From Vulcanimicrobiota bacterium (GTDB lineage Bacteria; Vulcanimicrobiota; Vulcanimicrobiia; Vulcanimicrobiales; Vulcanimicrobiaceae), in the NCBI GenBank assembly GCA_963777315.1, contig CAVZQC010000001.1:1-64000 (forward strand): DNA of 64,000 nt, given 5' to 3'. This document shows positions 50,023 through 59,614 of the stretch, piece by piece. Within the stretch, counting starts at the first letter, position 1. The number at the start of each line of letters is the position of its first letter. Both the position numbers and the translations under genes were made by a program. Under the pieces are notes generated by a model. It did no database searches, was not told where the DNA came from, and saw only the letters and a program-made list of their open reading frames with translations.

Positions 50023-51305
50023 AAACGCAGGTTCGGCAGAGTGCGCGCGAGTGCTTTTCGCGCCTGTTCGGGCGCCGATTGCCCCGCGATGCGCACGCAG
50101 CGTGCCCCAACGTACGTCTCGAGAATCCACGCGTTTTCCGCCCGGTACACCAGCGCGTTCGCGGCCGGAGTCCACGGGTCCATGCCGGCTGCGTCCACCA
50201 CGACGTAGTCCGCGTATGTGCCGCGCCGAAGCTCGCCCGCGTCCACATCCAGCGCGGCAGCGCCTTGCGACGTGCCCAAAGCCAGCGCCGTCGATGCGCC
50301 CAAAGCGCTTCCGTCCCGCCGTGAAACCTTTTGGAGCAGCGAGGCCGCGCGCATTTCGTCGAGCAGCGAAGGTTTGACGTCGGCATCCGTGCCCAGCGCC
50401 ATTCGAACGCCGCGCGCCTGCAGGCCCGTCACATCGCAGATTCCGTCTCCTAGATACTGGTTGGTCGTCGGATTGTGCACGACGCGCGCGCCGGTTTGCG
50501 CAACGAGATCCTTTTCGGCGTCCGAGACGTAAATCGCATGAACGGCAATCGTGCGTTCGTTCAGCGCCTCCAGCTCGTGCAGCAGCGCGACCGGCGTCAG
50601 TCCGAACCGCACGAGCGTCTGCTCTGCTTCGTACTGCGCTTCGGCGACGTGAACGTGCATCATGCAGCGCGCGCCGGCAGCAAACTTCGCCGCCGCCGCG
50701 ATCATCTCGCCGGAGGCTGCGTGCAGCGAATGGGGCGCTACGCAAATCTGCACGCCGGGAAATTCGTCCATCAACTCGCGGGTGCGTGAGGCCGCCCGAT
50801 CGATAGACTCGCGGAACGCCGGCGGTGCGTAATCGGCGTCCATCCACGTGCGTGCAAACACCAGCCGAATGCCGGCATCGTGCGCGGCTCGAATCGCTTC
50901 GCGAGCGCTGTCGTTGCCGGCACCGTTGAGATAAAAAAACTCTGCCACGGTGGTGATGCCGCCTGCGAGCATTTCGTCAAAGGCGAGGCGGAAAGTCCAA
51001 TACACCTGCTCGGGCGTGAGCTGCGGAACGATTTTGTAGAGCGCTTCGCTGCGCCAGCGCTCGAAGGTGAGATCGTCGGCCCAGCCTCGCAGCAGAATTT
51101 GGTACGCGTGGCTGTGCCCGTTTACGAACCCCGGCGCAACGAGCACGCGGGTTCCATATTCTCGGACCGGCGCATCCGGAAAGCGTCCGCGTACGTCGTC
51201 GAAGGGGCCGGCGTCGGCAAAGCGTTCGCCTTCGATCGCGAGTGCGAAGTCGCTGCGCTCTTGTGAACCTACCAGCGCGCGCGCGCAGCGCACGATGGCG
51301 GTCAT
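50019..51305 (-). CDS. Amidohydrolase, formiminoglutamate deiminase (HutF)-like
   Basis: PGFVNGHSHAYQ, GITTVAEFFYL, APHSLHA, HVAE, LGTD; in the hut operon. Confidence 0.75.
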   Translation of the reverse strand: MTAIVRCARALVGSQERSDFALAIEGERFADAGPFDDVRGRFPDAPVREYGTRVLVAPGFVNGHSHAYQILLRGWADDLTFERWRSEALYKIVPQLTPEQVYWTFRLAFDEMLAGGITTVAEFFYLNGAGNDSAREAIRAAHDAGIRLVFARTWMDADYAPPAFRESIDRAASRTRELMDEFPGVQICVAPHSLHAASGEMIAAAAKFAAGARCMMHVHVAEAQYEAEQTLVRFGLTPVALLHELEALNERTIAVHAIYVSDAEKDLVAQTGARVVHNPTTNQYLGDGICDVTGLQARGVRMALGTDADVKPSLLDEMRAASLLQKVSRRDGSALGASTALALGTSQGAAALDVDAGELRRGTYADYVVVDAAGMDPWTPAANALVYRAENAWILETYVGARCVRIAGQSAPEQARKALARTLPNLRL

Positions 51306-52516
51306 GCGGCGCGAACTCCGTTTCTGAAGACGGCCGCTGCCAGATTGCCTCCGAACTGCCAGCCGAACTCGTGCGGCGAGCCGATGTCCAGCGCGACGAA
51401 GTCGGCGCGCGCGCCCGTTCGCAGCGTACCGGCGTCGCGCCGCAGCGAGCGCGCAGCGGAACGCGTAACGGCGAACAGCGCTTCGGGTGCGGACATGCCG
51501 AACATCCGGCGTCCGAAATATGCAACCGTTTGCAGATTGAAGCACGGCGACGTGCCGGGATTGTAATCGCTCGCCAGCGCGACGCTCCCGCCGCGGTCGA
51601 GCACTTCCCGCACCGGCGCTTGCTGCGGTAAAGCCAGATATTCTATCGTCGCGGGACACGCGACCAAGACGATGTCTGCCCGGACGATCGCCTGCACGTC
51701 GCTATCGCGCGCGTAGTTGCAGTGATCGACCGCATCGACTCGCAGTGCGGCGGCCATCTCCACGGCTCCACCCCACGACATCTCGTCGCAGTGCACGCGC
51801 AGCCGCATCCCGTTATCTCGCGCCGCCTGCAGGTAACGCTGCGTGTGAACGGGCGAAAAGAATCCCGGCTCGCAGAAGGCGTCCGCATACACTGCCCCGT
51901 GAGCTTTTGCAACCGGAATGCACTGATCGATCAGGTAATCCACGTAAGCGGCTTCATCGTTGAATTCGGGCGGCAGCGCGTGCGCTCCCAAAAACGTGGC
52001 GACGAGCTGCGGTAGGCGCTGCCGATCGCAATGCGTGCGAATCAGGTGCAGCAACTCCATTTCCCCCGGCTTGTGCAGGGCGTATCCGGTCTTGGTTTCC
52101 AGGGTCGTGGTGCCGTGCGCGAGCATCGTGGCAAGGCGCGCTTCAACGTGCTGCCAGAACGCCTGCGGATGCTCGAGCGCCTTGCGTGTCTGCTCGACGG
52201 TGTACAGCATCCCCAGCGGCGCCTTTTCGCCACGCTGCCTGGCGGCGAAGTCGGGCTCGCGATCGCCGGCGAACAGCGGGTGCGCGTGCGCATCGACCAA
52301 TCCCGGCACGATGGTGCAGTCCGCAAACTCGTGAAGGTCTTCTGCGCTGCGGTACTGCGCGGGCAGGTCGTCGACCGGACCGGTCCACGCGACGACGGCG
52401 TCTTCGCACACGACCGCCGCGTCGGCAACTGCACCCATGGCTTCGAACGTCACGCCGCATTGGGCGACGTCGAACGCATTCGGAACGACCGTTTTCGCTC
52501 TGGCTACAACCGCCAA
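51302..52516 (-). CDS. hutI: Imidazolonepropionase
   Basis: [41 protein letters not shown]. Confidence 0.9.
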   Translation of the reverse strand: MAVVARAKTVVPNAFDVAQCGVTFEAMGAVADAAVVCEDAVVAWTGPVDDLPAQYRSAEDLHEFADCTIVPGLVDAHAHPLFAGDREPDFAARQRGEKAPLGMLYTVEQTRKALEHPQAFWQHVEARLATMLAHGTTTLETKTGYALHKPGEMELLHLIRTHCDRQRLPQLVATFLGAHALPPEFNDEAAYVDYLIDQCIPVAKAHGAVYADAFCEPGFFSPVHTQRYLQAARDNGMRLRVHCDEMSWGGAVEMAAALRVDAVDHCNYARDSDVQAIVRADIVLVACPATIEYLALPQQAPVREVLDRGGSVALASDYNPGTSPCFNLQTVAYFGRRMFGMSAPEALFAVTRSAARSLRRDAGTLRTGARADFVALDIGSPHEFGWQFGGNLAAAVFRNGVRAA

Positions 52517-54159
52517 TCGATGCCTTTCGCATCGGCCGTTTCGATCGCGATGTCGTAGCCGGCATCGGCGTGCCGCACGACGCCCATGCCGCAATCCGTG
52601 GTCAGCACGCACTCCAGCCGTTCGCGCGCGTCGTCGGTCCCGTCGGCAACTACGACCATGCCGGCGTGCAGACTGTAACCGATGCCGACGCCGCCGCCGT
52701 GATGCACTGAAACCCAATGCGCGCCGGCGGCGGTATTGAGCAGCGCGTTGAGGATCGGCCAGTCCGCGATGGCGTCGCTTCCGTCTTTCATCGCCTCGGT
52801 CTCCCGGTACGGCGAGGCGACGCTGCCGGTATCGAGATGATCGCGGCCGATGACGATCGGCGCCTGCAATTCGCCGCTGCGTACCAGTTCGTTAAAGCGC
52901 AATCCCGCTTTGGCGCGGTCGCCGTAGCCCAGCCAGCAGATGCGCGCGGGCAACCCTTGAAACGACACGCGCTCTTGCGCGAGCCTGATCCAGCGGCACA
53001 GCCGTTCGTCGTGCGCAAATAGCTCGAGCAGTTCTTTGTCGCAGCGCGCGATGTCCGACGGATCGCCCGAGAGCGCGGCAAAACGAAACGGGCCGCTGCC
53101 TTTGCAAAAGAGCGGCCGAATAAACGCGGGAACGAAACCGGGAAAATCGAACGCACGCGCCACGCCGGCGCGCTGCGCCTGAGCGCGAATGTTGTTTCCG
53201 TAGTCGAAAACCACCGCGCCGGCATCCAAAAAGTCGAGCATTGCCGCAACGTGCTTTGCCACGGTCGCCAAACCACGCCGCTCGTATTCCTGCGGGTCGC
53301 TCTGCCGAAGACGCGCGGCTTGCTCCAGCGACAAATCCATCGGTACGTAGCCGTCTATCATGTCGTGCGCGGAAGTTTGGTCCGTCACGGCGTCGGGACG
53401 CAAACCCAGCTCGTACAGCGCCGGAAATTCCACGCCGGCGTTGCCTTCGTATCCGACCGACAACGCCTGCCCGTCGCGCCTTGCGCGTTCGGCCAAATCG
53501 AGCGCCTCCGGGCGAGAAGCCGCCACGACGTCGAGATAGCGCAGTTCGCACCGGCGCTGCAGGCGGGCGGGATCGACGTCGACGACCAGCGCCACGCCAT
53601 GGTTCATCGTGATTGCCAGCGGCTGCGCGCCGCCCATACCTCCGATGCCTGCGGTCAAGCACAGCCGGCCCTTGAGCGATCCACCGAAGTGCGCGCGCGC
53701 CAGTTCGGCAAATGTCTCGTACGTGCCCTGTACGATGCCTTGCGTGCCGATGTATATCCACGAGCCCGCAGTCATTTGACCGTACATCGTGAGCCCTTGC
53801 GCCTCCAGCTCGCGAAACGTCTTCCAGTCGGCCCATTTGGGGACGAGATTCGAATTCGCAATCAGCACCCGGGGCGCGCGCGCGTGCGTCTTCCACACGG
53901 CCACCGGCTTGCCGCTCTGCACGATCAGCGTCTCGTCACTGCCCAAACGTCTGAGGGTGCGAACGATCGCGTCGAATGCGCCCCACGAGCGCGCGGCTCG
54001 CCCGTTGCCCCCGTACACCACGAGATCGTCCGGACGCTCTGCGACCTGCGGATCCAGATTGTTCATCAGCATGCGCAATGCAGCTTCCTGGGGCCAGCCG
54101 CGGCATGAAATCTCGGTTCCGCGCGGAGCGCGCACGCACGGGCGTGCCGCCGTGCTCAC
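52504..54159 (-). CDS. hutU: Urocanate hydratase
   Basis: [35 protein letters not shown]. Confidence 0.97.
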   Translation of the reverse strand: MSTAARPCVRAPRGTEISCRGWPQEAALRMLMNNLDPQVAERPDDLVVYGGNGRAARSWGAFDAIVRTLRRLGSDETLIVQSGKPVAVWKTHARAPRVLIANSNLVPKWADWKTFRELEAQGLTMYGQMTAGSWIYIGTQGIVQGTYETFAELARAHFGGSLKGRLCLTAGIGGMGGAQPLAITMNHGVALVVDVDPARLQRRCELRYLDVVAASRPEALDLAERARRDGQALSVGYEGNAGVEFPALYELGLRPDAVTDQTSAHDMIDGYVPMDLSLEQAARLRQSDPQEYERRGLATVAKHVAAMLDFLDAGAVVFDYGNNIRAQAQRAGVARAFDFPGFVPAFIRPLFCKGSGPFRFAALSGDPSDIARCDKELLELFAHDERLCRWIRLAQERVSFQGLPARICWLGYGDRAKAGLRFNELVRSGELQAPIVIGRDHLDTGSVASPYRETEAMKDGSDAIADWPILNALLNTAAGAHWVSVHHGGGVGIGYSLHAGMVVVADGTDDARERLECVLTTDCGMGVVRHADAGYDIAIETADAKGIDWRL

Positions 54160-55703
54160 ACCAGCGCCTCGTCGATACTGCGTTCGGCGGCGTGCACCAT
54201 TGCGCCGGTCGCAATGAGTTCGCGCGCCGCGCTGATGTCGGCGCTCGACGATCGATCGTCGGTCCAGGGCGCGATGCGTTCGCGCGCGCAATCGTACGCC
54301 GCCTGCGTTCCCGTTCCCGAACGCAGTGGACGGCGAAAATCGGTGGCGACCAGCGCCCCGAGCAGCTCGCACGCGAGCGAGCCTTCAACGTTTTGCAGCA
54401 CGCGATCCAAGTTCACCGCCGCGGTCAGCCCCATGCTCACGTGATCTTCCTGGCCGGCGGAGGTCGGAATCGAGTCGACGCTGTTCGGCCACGCCAAGCC
54501 TTTGTTTTCCGATACCATCGCTGCCGACGTGTACTGGACGATCATCAGCCCGGATTGCAGCCCCGAACGCCCCGTCAAAAACAATGGCAAACCACGCTCT
54601 TCGGCGTTGAGCAGCAGATACAGCCGCCGTTCGCTGATGCCGGCCAACTCGGCCAGCGACATCTTGAGCAAATCGCACGCGAGCGCGATCGGCTGCCCGT
54701 GAAAATTTCCGCCGGTCAGAAATACGCCGTCTTCGGGAAACACCAGCGGATTGTCCGTAACGGATATCGCTTCGATTTCGATTACGCCCCGAGCGTGCGA
54801 TGCCGCGTCGCGGACCGCGCCGTGCACCACCGGAATGCAGCGGTACGAGTACGGATCCTGAACGCGGCCGCACTCGCGATGCGATTCGACGATCTGCGAT
54901 CCGTGCAGCAGCGCGCGAAGATTGTCCGCGACCCGGGACTGGCCGGGATGCGGGCGTAAATCGTTGATGCGCCGGTCGAACACCCGATCGGTTCCGAGAA
55001 ACGCCTCGAGCGACATCGCGCCGATGATGTCGGCAGCTGCCAGCAGCCGCTCCGCGCGCAGCAAGCACAGCGCCGCGATGCCGGTCATCACTTCGGTCCC
55101 GTTGACCAGGGCCAAGCCCTCTTTTGCGCCCAGCGTAATCGGCGTCAGGCCCGCGAGTTGCAGCGCCCGCGCGCTGCTCATGCGCTCGCCGCGATAGAAC
55201 GCTTCCCCCTCGCCGATCAACGTGAGCGTCATGTGCGCCAAGGGCGCCAGATCGCCGCTGGCGCCGACCGAACCCTGGCGCGGCACCAGCGGCGTTACGC
55301 CGCGATTGAGCAGTTCGGTCAGCAAATCCAGCGTGCTTTCGCGAATACCCGAATGGCCCGCAGCCAGCGAGCTCACCCGCAGCACTCCGGCGGCGCGTAC
55401 GAACTCACGCGGCAGCGGTTCGCCCGTTCCGGCCGCGTGGCTGCGCACCAGATTCAGCTGCAGCTGGGCGGCGTCTTTGGGATCTATCCGCACGTTCGCC
55501 AAGCGGCCGAATCCCGTCGTGATGCCGTATATCGCATCTCCCATGCCGAACTTCTCTTCGACCAGGCGCCGCGCGGCCGCCACGCGAGCACGCGCGGATT
55601 CCGTGACGCGGACGACCGCTCCATCTTCGGCGATCGCTCGAATCGCCTCGAGGGGCAGGTGCCGGCCGTCCAGGTCGACCGCCGGCAGCGCAGTTGCCGT
55701 CAT
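54156..55703 (-). CDS. hutH: Histidine ammonia-lyase
   Basis: [20 protein letters not shown] (MIO Ala-Ser-Gly), [22 protein letters not shown]. Confidence 0.96.
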   Translation of the reverse strand: MTATALPAVDLDGRHLPLEAIRAIAEDGAVVRVTESARARVAAARRLVEEKFGMGDAIYGITTGFGRLANVRIDPKDAAQLQLNLVRSHAAGTGEPLPREFVRAAGVLRVSSLAAGHSGIRESTLDLLTELLNRGVTPLVPRQGSVGASGDLAPLAHMTLTLIGEGEAFYRGERMSSARALQLAGLTPITLGAKEGLALVNGTEVMTGIAALCLLRAERLLAAADIIGAMSLEAFLGTDRVFDRRINDLRPHPGQSRVADNLRALLHGSQIVESHRECGRVQDPYSYRCIPVVHGAVRDAASHARGVIEIEAISVTDNPLVFPEDGVFLTGGNFHGQPIALACDLLKMSLAELAGISERRLYLLLNAEERGLPLFLTGRSGLQSGLMIVQYTSAAMVSENKGLAWPNSVDSIPTSAGQEDHVSMGLTAAVNLDRVLQNVEGSLACELLGALVATDFRRPLRSGTGTQAAYDCARERIAPWTDDRSSSADISAARELIATGAMVHAAERSIDEALV

Positions 55704-55737
55704 GCGTTCGTACTTCCGGCCAAGGCGTTTGCAGCCT

Positions 55738-56260
55738 TCAGAGCGAGCTCCAGTCGGCGCGCCGCGGCCTCGCGTACGGCGGTCCGCTCTGAATGACGAT
55801 CTCTTCGTGGTCGCGCAGCGGAATAGCACGCGGGTCGCGCGTCCACGCAGTGCCGTTGACCGTCGCGCGCAGCGCACGCCCGGCGCGAGCACGCACGCCG
55901 TCGGCCTGCCGATGGTTGAGTTCGCGGTCCCAAATGTCAAAGAACTGCCCGAGCGTAAACGTACGGTTCACCGGCGCTTCGATGTGAATGATTCCGTCGT
56001 CGTCGTGCGTGTGCACCCAGTATAAACAGCCGGCGCCGGCGGGTATGCCGACTTGAGCGGGAATATGGATCGCGCGTCCACGGTCGAACAGACTGAAGAT
56101 GCGTATGCACGTGCACCACCGCGCCTTCCGAGACGTCGCACCGGATGCCGTCGATGGCCAGGCCGGCCAGCATGTTCTGGGCGACGGCCGGCAGCGGCGC
56201 CGCGTTCGCAAGCAATGGTGCCGCCATGCACAGCGCAACGGCGGTTCGCAAATTCAACAT
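55738..56260 (-). CDS. Secreted His-rich hypothetical protein with an apparent +1 frameshift at 56092
   Basis: Signal peptide; removing one base joins HVHTHLQ-LFDRG...CLYWVHTHDDDGIIHIE...FTLGQFFDIW into a 173-aa ORF. Confidence 0.75.
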
Positions 56261-56270
56261 GGGACCTCGC

Positions 56271-56321
56271 GGTGGATACGGTGTGTATAACAGATAATTA
56301 TTGTGGAAACGCTGTGAGTAG
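56271..56321. promoter_or_regulatory. Cluster of co-oriented DnaA-box-like 9-mers
   Basis: TGTGTATAA (56282-56290, perfect TTATNCACA), TGTGGAAAC (56302-56310), and weaker GGTGGATAC and TGTGAGTAG, in an AT-rich patch. Confidence 0.5.
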
Positions 56322-56334
56322 CGATTGCGCCCTC

Positions 56335-56363
56335 TTGCTACGACTTTTGCGCGATGATACCAT
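56335..56363 (+). promoter_or_regulatory. sigma70 promoter driving the intergenic RNA
   Basis: TTGCTA-N17-TACCAT with extended -10 TGn. Confidence 0.7.
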
Positions 56364-56369
56364 TCAAAA

Positions 56370-56570
56370 ACTTCGATAAAACGAAGGGCGATGAACGTAT
56401 AGTCGCGATCGGACCATGTTGACGATGCAGTCGCAACGTCGGCGATCCGAGTGGGCCGATCGAACCGTCGAGCGGCGTCAGTAGGGCTTCTTCACCGGAG
56501 CCAAACAGGCGAAATCGATGCGTGAATACGTCGAAAGCCTCGGGCTCGTTCCGGGGCTTTCGTTTGCGTT
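56370..56570 (+). ncRNA. Structured ncRNA, compact raiA-motif-like
   Basis: Own promoter and terminator, no credible long ORF, end-to-end pairing ACGTAT(56395)/ATACGT(56526); motifs CGATGCAGTCGCA, CGATCC, TCAGTAG and CAGGCGA in the order recalled for raiA RNA. Confidence 0.55.
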
Positions 56571-56572
56571 TT
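56532..56572. terminator. Intrinsic terminator between the ncRNA and the convergent WYL gene
   Basis: CGAAAGCCTCGG-gctcgtt-CCGGGGCTTTCG followed by TTTGCGTTTT. Confidence 0.8.
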
Positions 56573-56580
56573 CGAACCTC

Positions 56581-57621
56581 TTATTTCGAGACCGGCAGTT
56601 CGTACTTGGCGGCGATTTGCGCGATCAGCATGCGAACGCGCGAGCGAACGTCTTCAGGCGCGATGACCTCGGCCTGCGCCCCCCATCCCAGCACCCAGCG
56701 CGCGAGTTCGTCCACGTCTGCGACGTTGTACGCGATCTCCACCGAACCGTCGGCGCGGCGTTCGACGGCGCGCTCGGCAACCACGCGCGCGGCGACGGCG
56801 GCTTTGGCGACGCGGGCCGCAAAACGAACGCGCACTTCGCTCGTTCGATCGCTGTGCAGTACGCCGCTGATCGAAGTCGAGGCGAAATCTGCGATGCTGA
56901 AGTCCGAGGGCTTGGTGTACGTTTGCCCGAGCACCGTCACGTCGGACATGCTGTCCACGGCAAACACGCGCTTGTCGCGGCGAGCGTGATCGTACGCGAC
57001 GCAATATACGCGGCCGCCGTTGACGATGAAGCCATAGGGGTCGGCATTTCGCTTGGAACGGTTGCCTTCTTTGTCCTGATACGTGAACGAGACGCAGCGC
57101 GTGCTGCGCTCGGCGGCGGAAAGCATTCCGAAGATGCGTTCCCCCTGTTCGTCCAAGGTGATCTCGCTCAGACGAAACGCGACGTTGGGGCGAGCCTGCA
57201 TGCGTTCTTTGGCGCCGCTTCCGCTCGAACCGACGATCTTTGCGGTGACTTCATCGACGTAGGTTCCGATCGCGCCGCCCAAACTCGCGCTGATGGCGCG
57301 CAGCGCCACCAAACCGAACAGTTCGCCCGAGCTCAGCTCCATACGCTTGAGGCTGTAGCCTTCGGAAAACCGGTACGTGTTCGTGCCGCGATCGAAGTAC
57401 CACGGGAAACCCGCTTCCGCCAGCACCGCCAGATACCGGCGTAGGCTTCGCGTGCTGGGACGGTGTTCGCCCTCGGAGATACGGTCTTTGAGCCGCTCGA
57501 ACGAAAAGCGCCCCTCGTCGATGGCGTTGAGAAGCCTGACGAGCAAGACGATTTTCGGCTCATTGGTACGTTCTACGGTAGGTCTCCCAAAGCTTGGAAA
57601 GTCTTGCCGTAATTGTGCCAC
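56581..57621 (-). CDS. HTH-WYL-WCX transcriptional regulator (PafBC/DriD-like)
   Basis: wHTH STRSLRRYLAVL; WYL core RNADPYG..VYCVAYDHARRDKRVFAVD; WCX WVLGWGAQAEVIAPEDVR. Confidence 0.9.
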   Translation of the reverse strand: MAQLRQDFPSFGRPTVERTNEPKIVLLVRLLNAIDEGRFSFERLKDRISEGEHRPSTRSLRRYLAVLAEAGFPWYFDRGTNTYRFSEGYSLKRMELSSGELFGLVALRAISASLGGAIGTYVDEVTAKIVGSSGSGAKERMQARPNVAFRLSEITLDEQGERIFGMLSAAERSTRCVSFTYQDKEGNRSKRNADPYGFIVNGGRVYCVAYDHARRDKRVFAVDSMSDVTVLGQTYTKPSDFSIADFASTSISGVLHSDRTSEVRVRFAARVAKAAVAARVVAERAVERRADGSVEIAYNVADVDELARWVLGWGAQAEVIAPEDVRSRVRMLIAQIAAKYELPVSK

Positions 57622-57651
57622 TTGGATGGCTCGCCGGCCATCAAAGCGCTA

Positions 57652-59307
57652 TCAAAATCCGCTGCGGCCGGTGGGCTCGGGGACCGGGGAAGGCGATCCG
57701 GCCGGCACAGCCGGGGCCGGCACGGAGATCGGCTTGGGAAAACAGCCGTCGGGTGCAGACATCGGCGGTGTCGTGGGCAATGGCGGCGCCGGCGTCACGC
57801 CGACTTCGAGCGGATAATTGGAGCCGCCGTCGGTCATCGTTTGGACGACCATGCGGGACGCCGAACCTGCCGCCAGCGTTTGCGGAGGCCCGATTTGATA
57901 GGCCTGTGAAAGCCGCGCGCAGCCCAATTCGATCAGCGCTCCGTCGACCAGAAAACTGCTGCGCACGGGCCCTCCAAGGGGCCGCTCGTAGAGGTATGCG
58001 ATCGCCGGTGCCGCCGTGGGATTGCGCAGCTCGAACGTGAGCGTGCGCAGGACGCCGTACTCGCCGTAGTCATGACCCGATGAAGGCTGCGCCGCCGGCG
58101 GCGTTGCGGTTCCATACTCCAGACTTGCTTGCGGGCCGCCGACGCTGTACGAGACCACGTCGCTATCGGCGTAGCCGTTCAGATCGAACGTCCCGGTTCT
58201 GTGATGACCGTCGCCCGCAAGCCGAGGACCATCCAGGTACGCAGCTATCTGGGCATCGGATATTTCGGGCGCAACGGCTAGAACGGTCACGGCGACCGGG
58301 CCGCCGCTCAGGACGTTGATGCCGACGCTGCCGGCCGCGCCGTCTAAATGCTGCATCTCAAAGCGATCCGCGACGTAGGCCGTGCCGGGCTGCAGATCGG
58401 CTACGGCTCCTTGATTGCGCGGCTTGCGCACGAGAAAATCGCGCGAAACGTTGTGTCCCACGGTCATCACGTCGATGTTGGGACCGGCCGACGCGTCGAT
58501 GAGCTGCACGCTTGCAGGCGTCAGCGTGGCTTGGAGTACGACCAGTAAACGTCGCGGTTGCCCTACATTCTGATGATAGTAATACAGCCGCGCCGGTGCT
58601 CCGCTCGACACCTGCGCGCGGTAGAGCACGCCGTCGGCCAAAATTTTCTCGGGATCGTCGTCGTAAAACAGCAGTGCCGGAGCGAACCCGGGCACGTCGA
58701 GGTTTTGCAGGTTCACCGACACGGTCGTATCCACGTCGTAATAGAGATCGCCGCCCGCAATATGCACCCCAACCGGAACCGCCGCCGTCGCGCCGGGCGC
58801 GAACGAAGCCGGCAGCGTAAACGCCGGCGGCGTCAGGACCGCTCCGGGCTGCAGTTGAACGGCCTGCGTTACGGCTTTGGCGAGCTGCGTCTGCAGCCAG
58901 GCGGGATCGATTGGATTGCCGGTGACGCGAACCCAGACCGAGCTGGCGACGGCGCCGGCGTCGAGCGCTACGCGAATGGGCACCTGCACCGTCGCGCCCG
59001 TCGAGTCGGCGACGGTCAGGGTCGCTCTTCCCGTTTGGGCGGACGCAGTCACCGTTACGGTGCGAGCATTTTGATCGACTGCAGCCGTTACCAGCGCAGT
59101 GTCGAGCTGCGCGGAAATGCTTGCGTTTGCTCCGGTGACCGTGATGATTTGCGTTTGCGAAGGATGCAGATTGACCGCATTTGGTGCTGCTGCCAGCGGG
59201 GCTGGAGCCGGCGTGGTTGCAACCGGCGGTGACGGGGGCGCCGTGGCCTGCAGCAAGGCTGCCATGAACAATGCGGGATTCACACCAGGTAGTACTACGG
59301 CGTGCAA
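57652..59307 (-). CDS. Secreted hypothetical protein
   Basis: Signal-like N-terminus, Ig-like segment, FYDDDPE/GVLY/RLYYYH/GEYGV/GGSNYP motifs, Pro-rich ends; start uncertain. Confidence 0.75.
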   Translation of the reverse strand: MHAVVLPGVNPALFMAALLQATAPPSPPVATTPAPAPLAAAPNAVNLHPSQTQIITVTGANASISAQLDTALVTAAVDQNARTVTVTASAQTGRATLTVADSTGATVQVPIRVALDAGAVASSVWVRVTGNPIDPAWLQTQLAKAVTQAVQLQPGAVLTPPAFTLPASFAPGATAAVPVGVHIAGGDLYYDVDTTVSVNLQNLDVPGFAPALLFYDDDPEKILADGVLYRAQVSSGAPARLYYYHQNVGQPRRLLVVLQATLTPASVQLIDASAGPNIDVMTVGHNVSRDFLVRKPRNQGAVADLQPGTAYVADRFEMQHLDGAAGSVGINVLSGGPVAVTVLAVAPEISDAQIAAYLDGPRLAGDGHHRTGTFDLNGYADSDVVSYSVGGPQASLEYGTATPPAAQPSSGHDYGEYGVLRTLTFELRNPTAAPAIAYLYERPLGGPVRSSFLVDGALIELGCARLSQAYQIGPPQTLAAGSASRMVVQTMTDGGSNYPLEVGVTPAPPLPTTPPMSAPDGCFPKPISVPAPAVPAGSPSPVPEPTGRSGF

Positions 59308-59368
59308 CTATTCCCTAACGAACTGCTCCGCAGGAATATTCGGCGGCGTGGGCGGGCACGATATTCCC

Positions 59369-59614
59369 ATGAGCACCTGGCACGTTTGGGGCGATTACGT
59401 TCACACCAGGCCCGATCGCATCGGCGACGCTAAAGTCGTTGCCGGCAACGACAAAGCGGCCGAAAAGACCGCGCAAGCGAGCGGCTTCGATCTCGACAAA
59501 CGGATTCACAACGGTTTCGAACCGTGGGCGGCGACGTACGTGTCCGAAGAGGACGACGGACAGGAGTTTGCGTTCGCCAGCTATCCGATCGTCAAGGGGT
59601 GGAAGAAGCTTTAG
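59369..59614 (+). CDS. Small hypothetical protein
   Basis: 81-aa ORF with host-like codon usage filling the intergenic gap; promoter-like motif 9 nt upstream. Confidence 0.6.
   Translation: MSTWHVWGDYVHTRPDRIGDAKVVAGNDKAAEKTAQASGFDLDKRIHNGFEPWAATYVSEEDDGQEFAFASYPIVKGWKKL

Noticed and set aside
56384..56484. Mini-ORFs within the intergenic RNA (MNV* after GAAGGG; 22-aa MLTMQSQRRRSEWADRTVERRQ)
   Set aside because: Too short or lacking a good RBS; structure and motif content favour a non-coding RNA, although translation is not excluded.
56260..56580. Replication origin, T-box or 6S RNA
   Set aside because: No dnaA/dnaN nearby and no strand switch; no T-box GGTGGNACC antiterminator; no long rod with a central bubble as in 6S.
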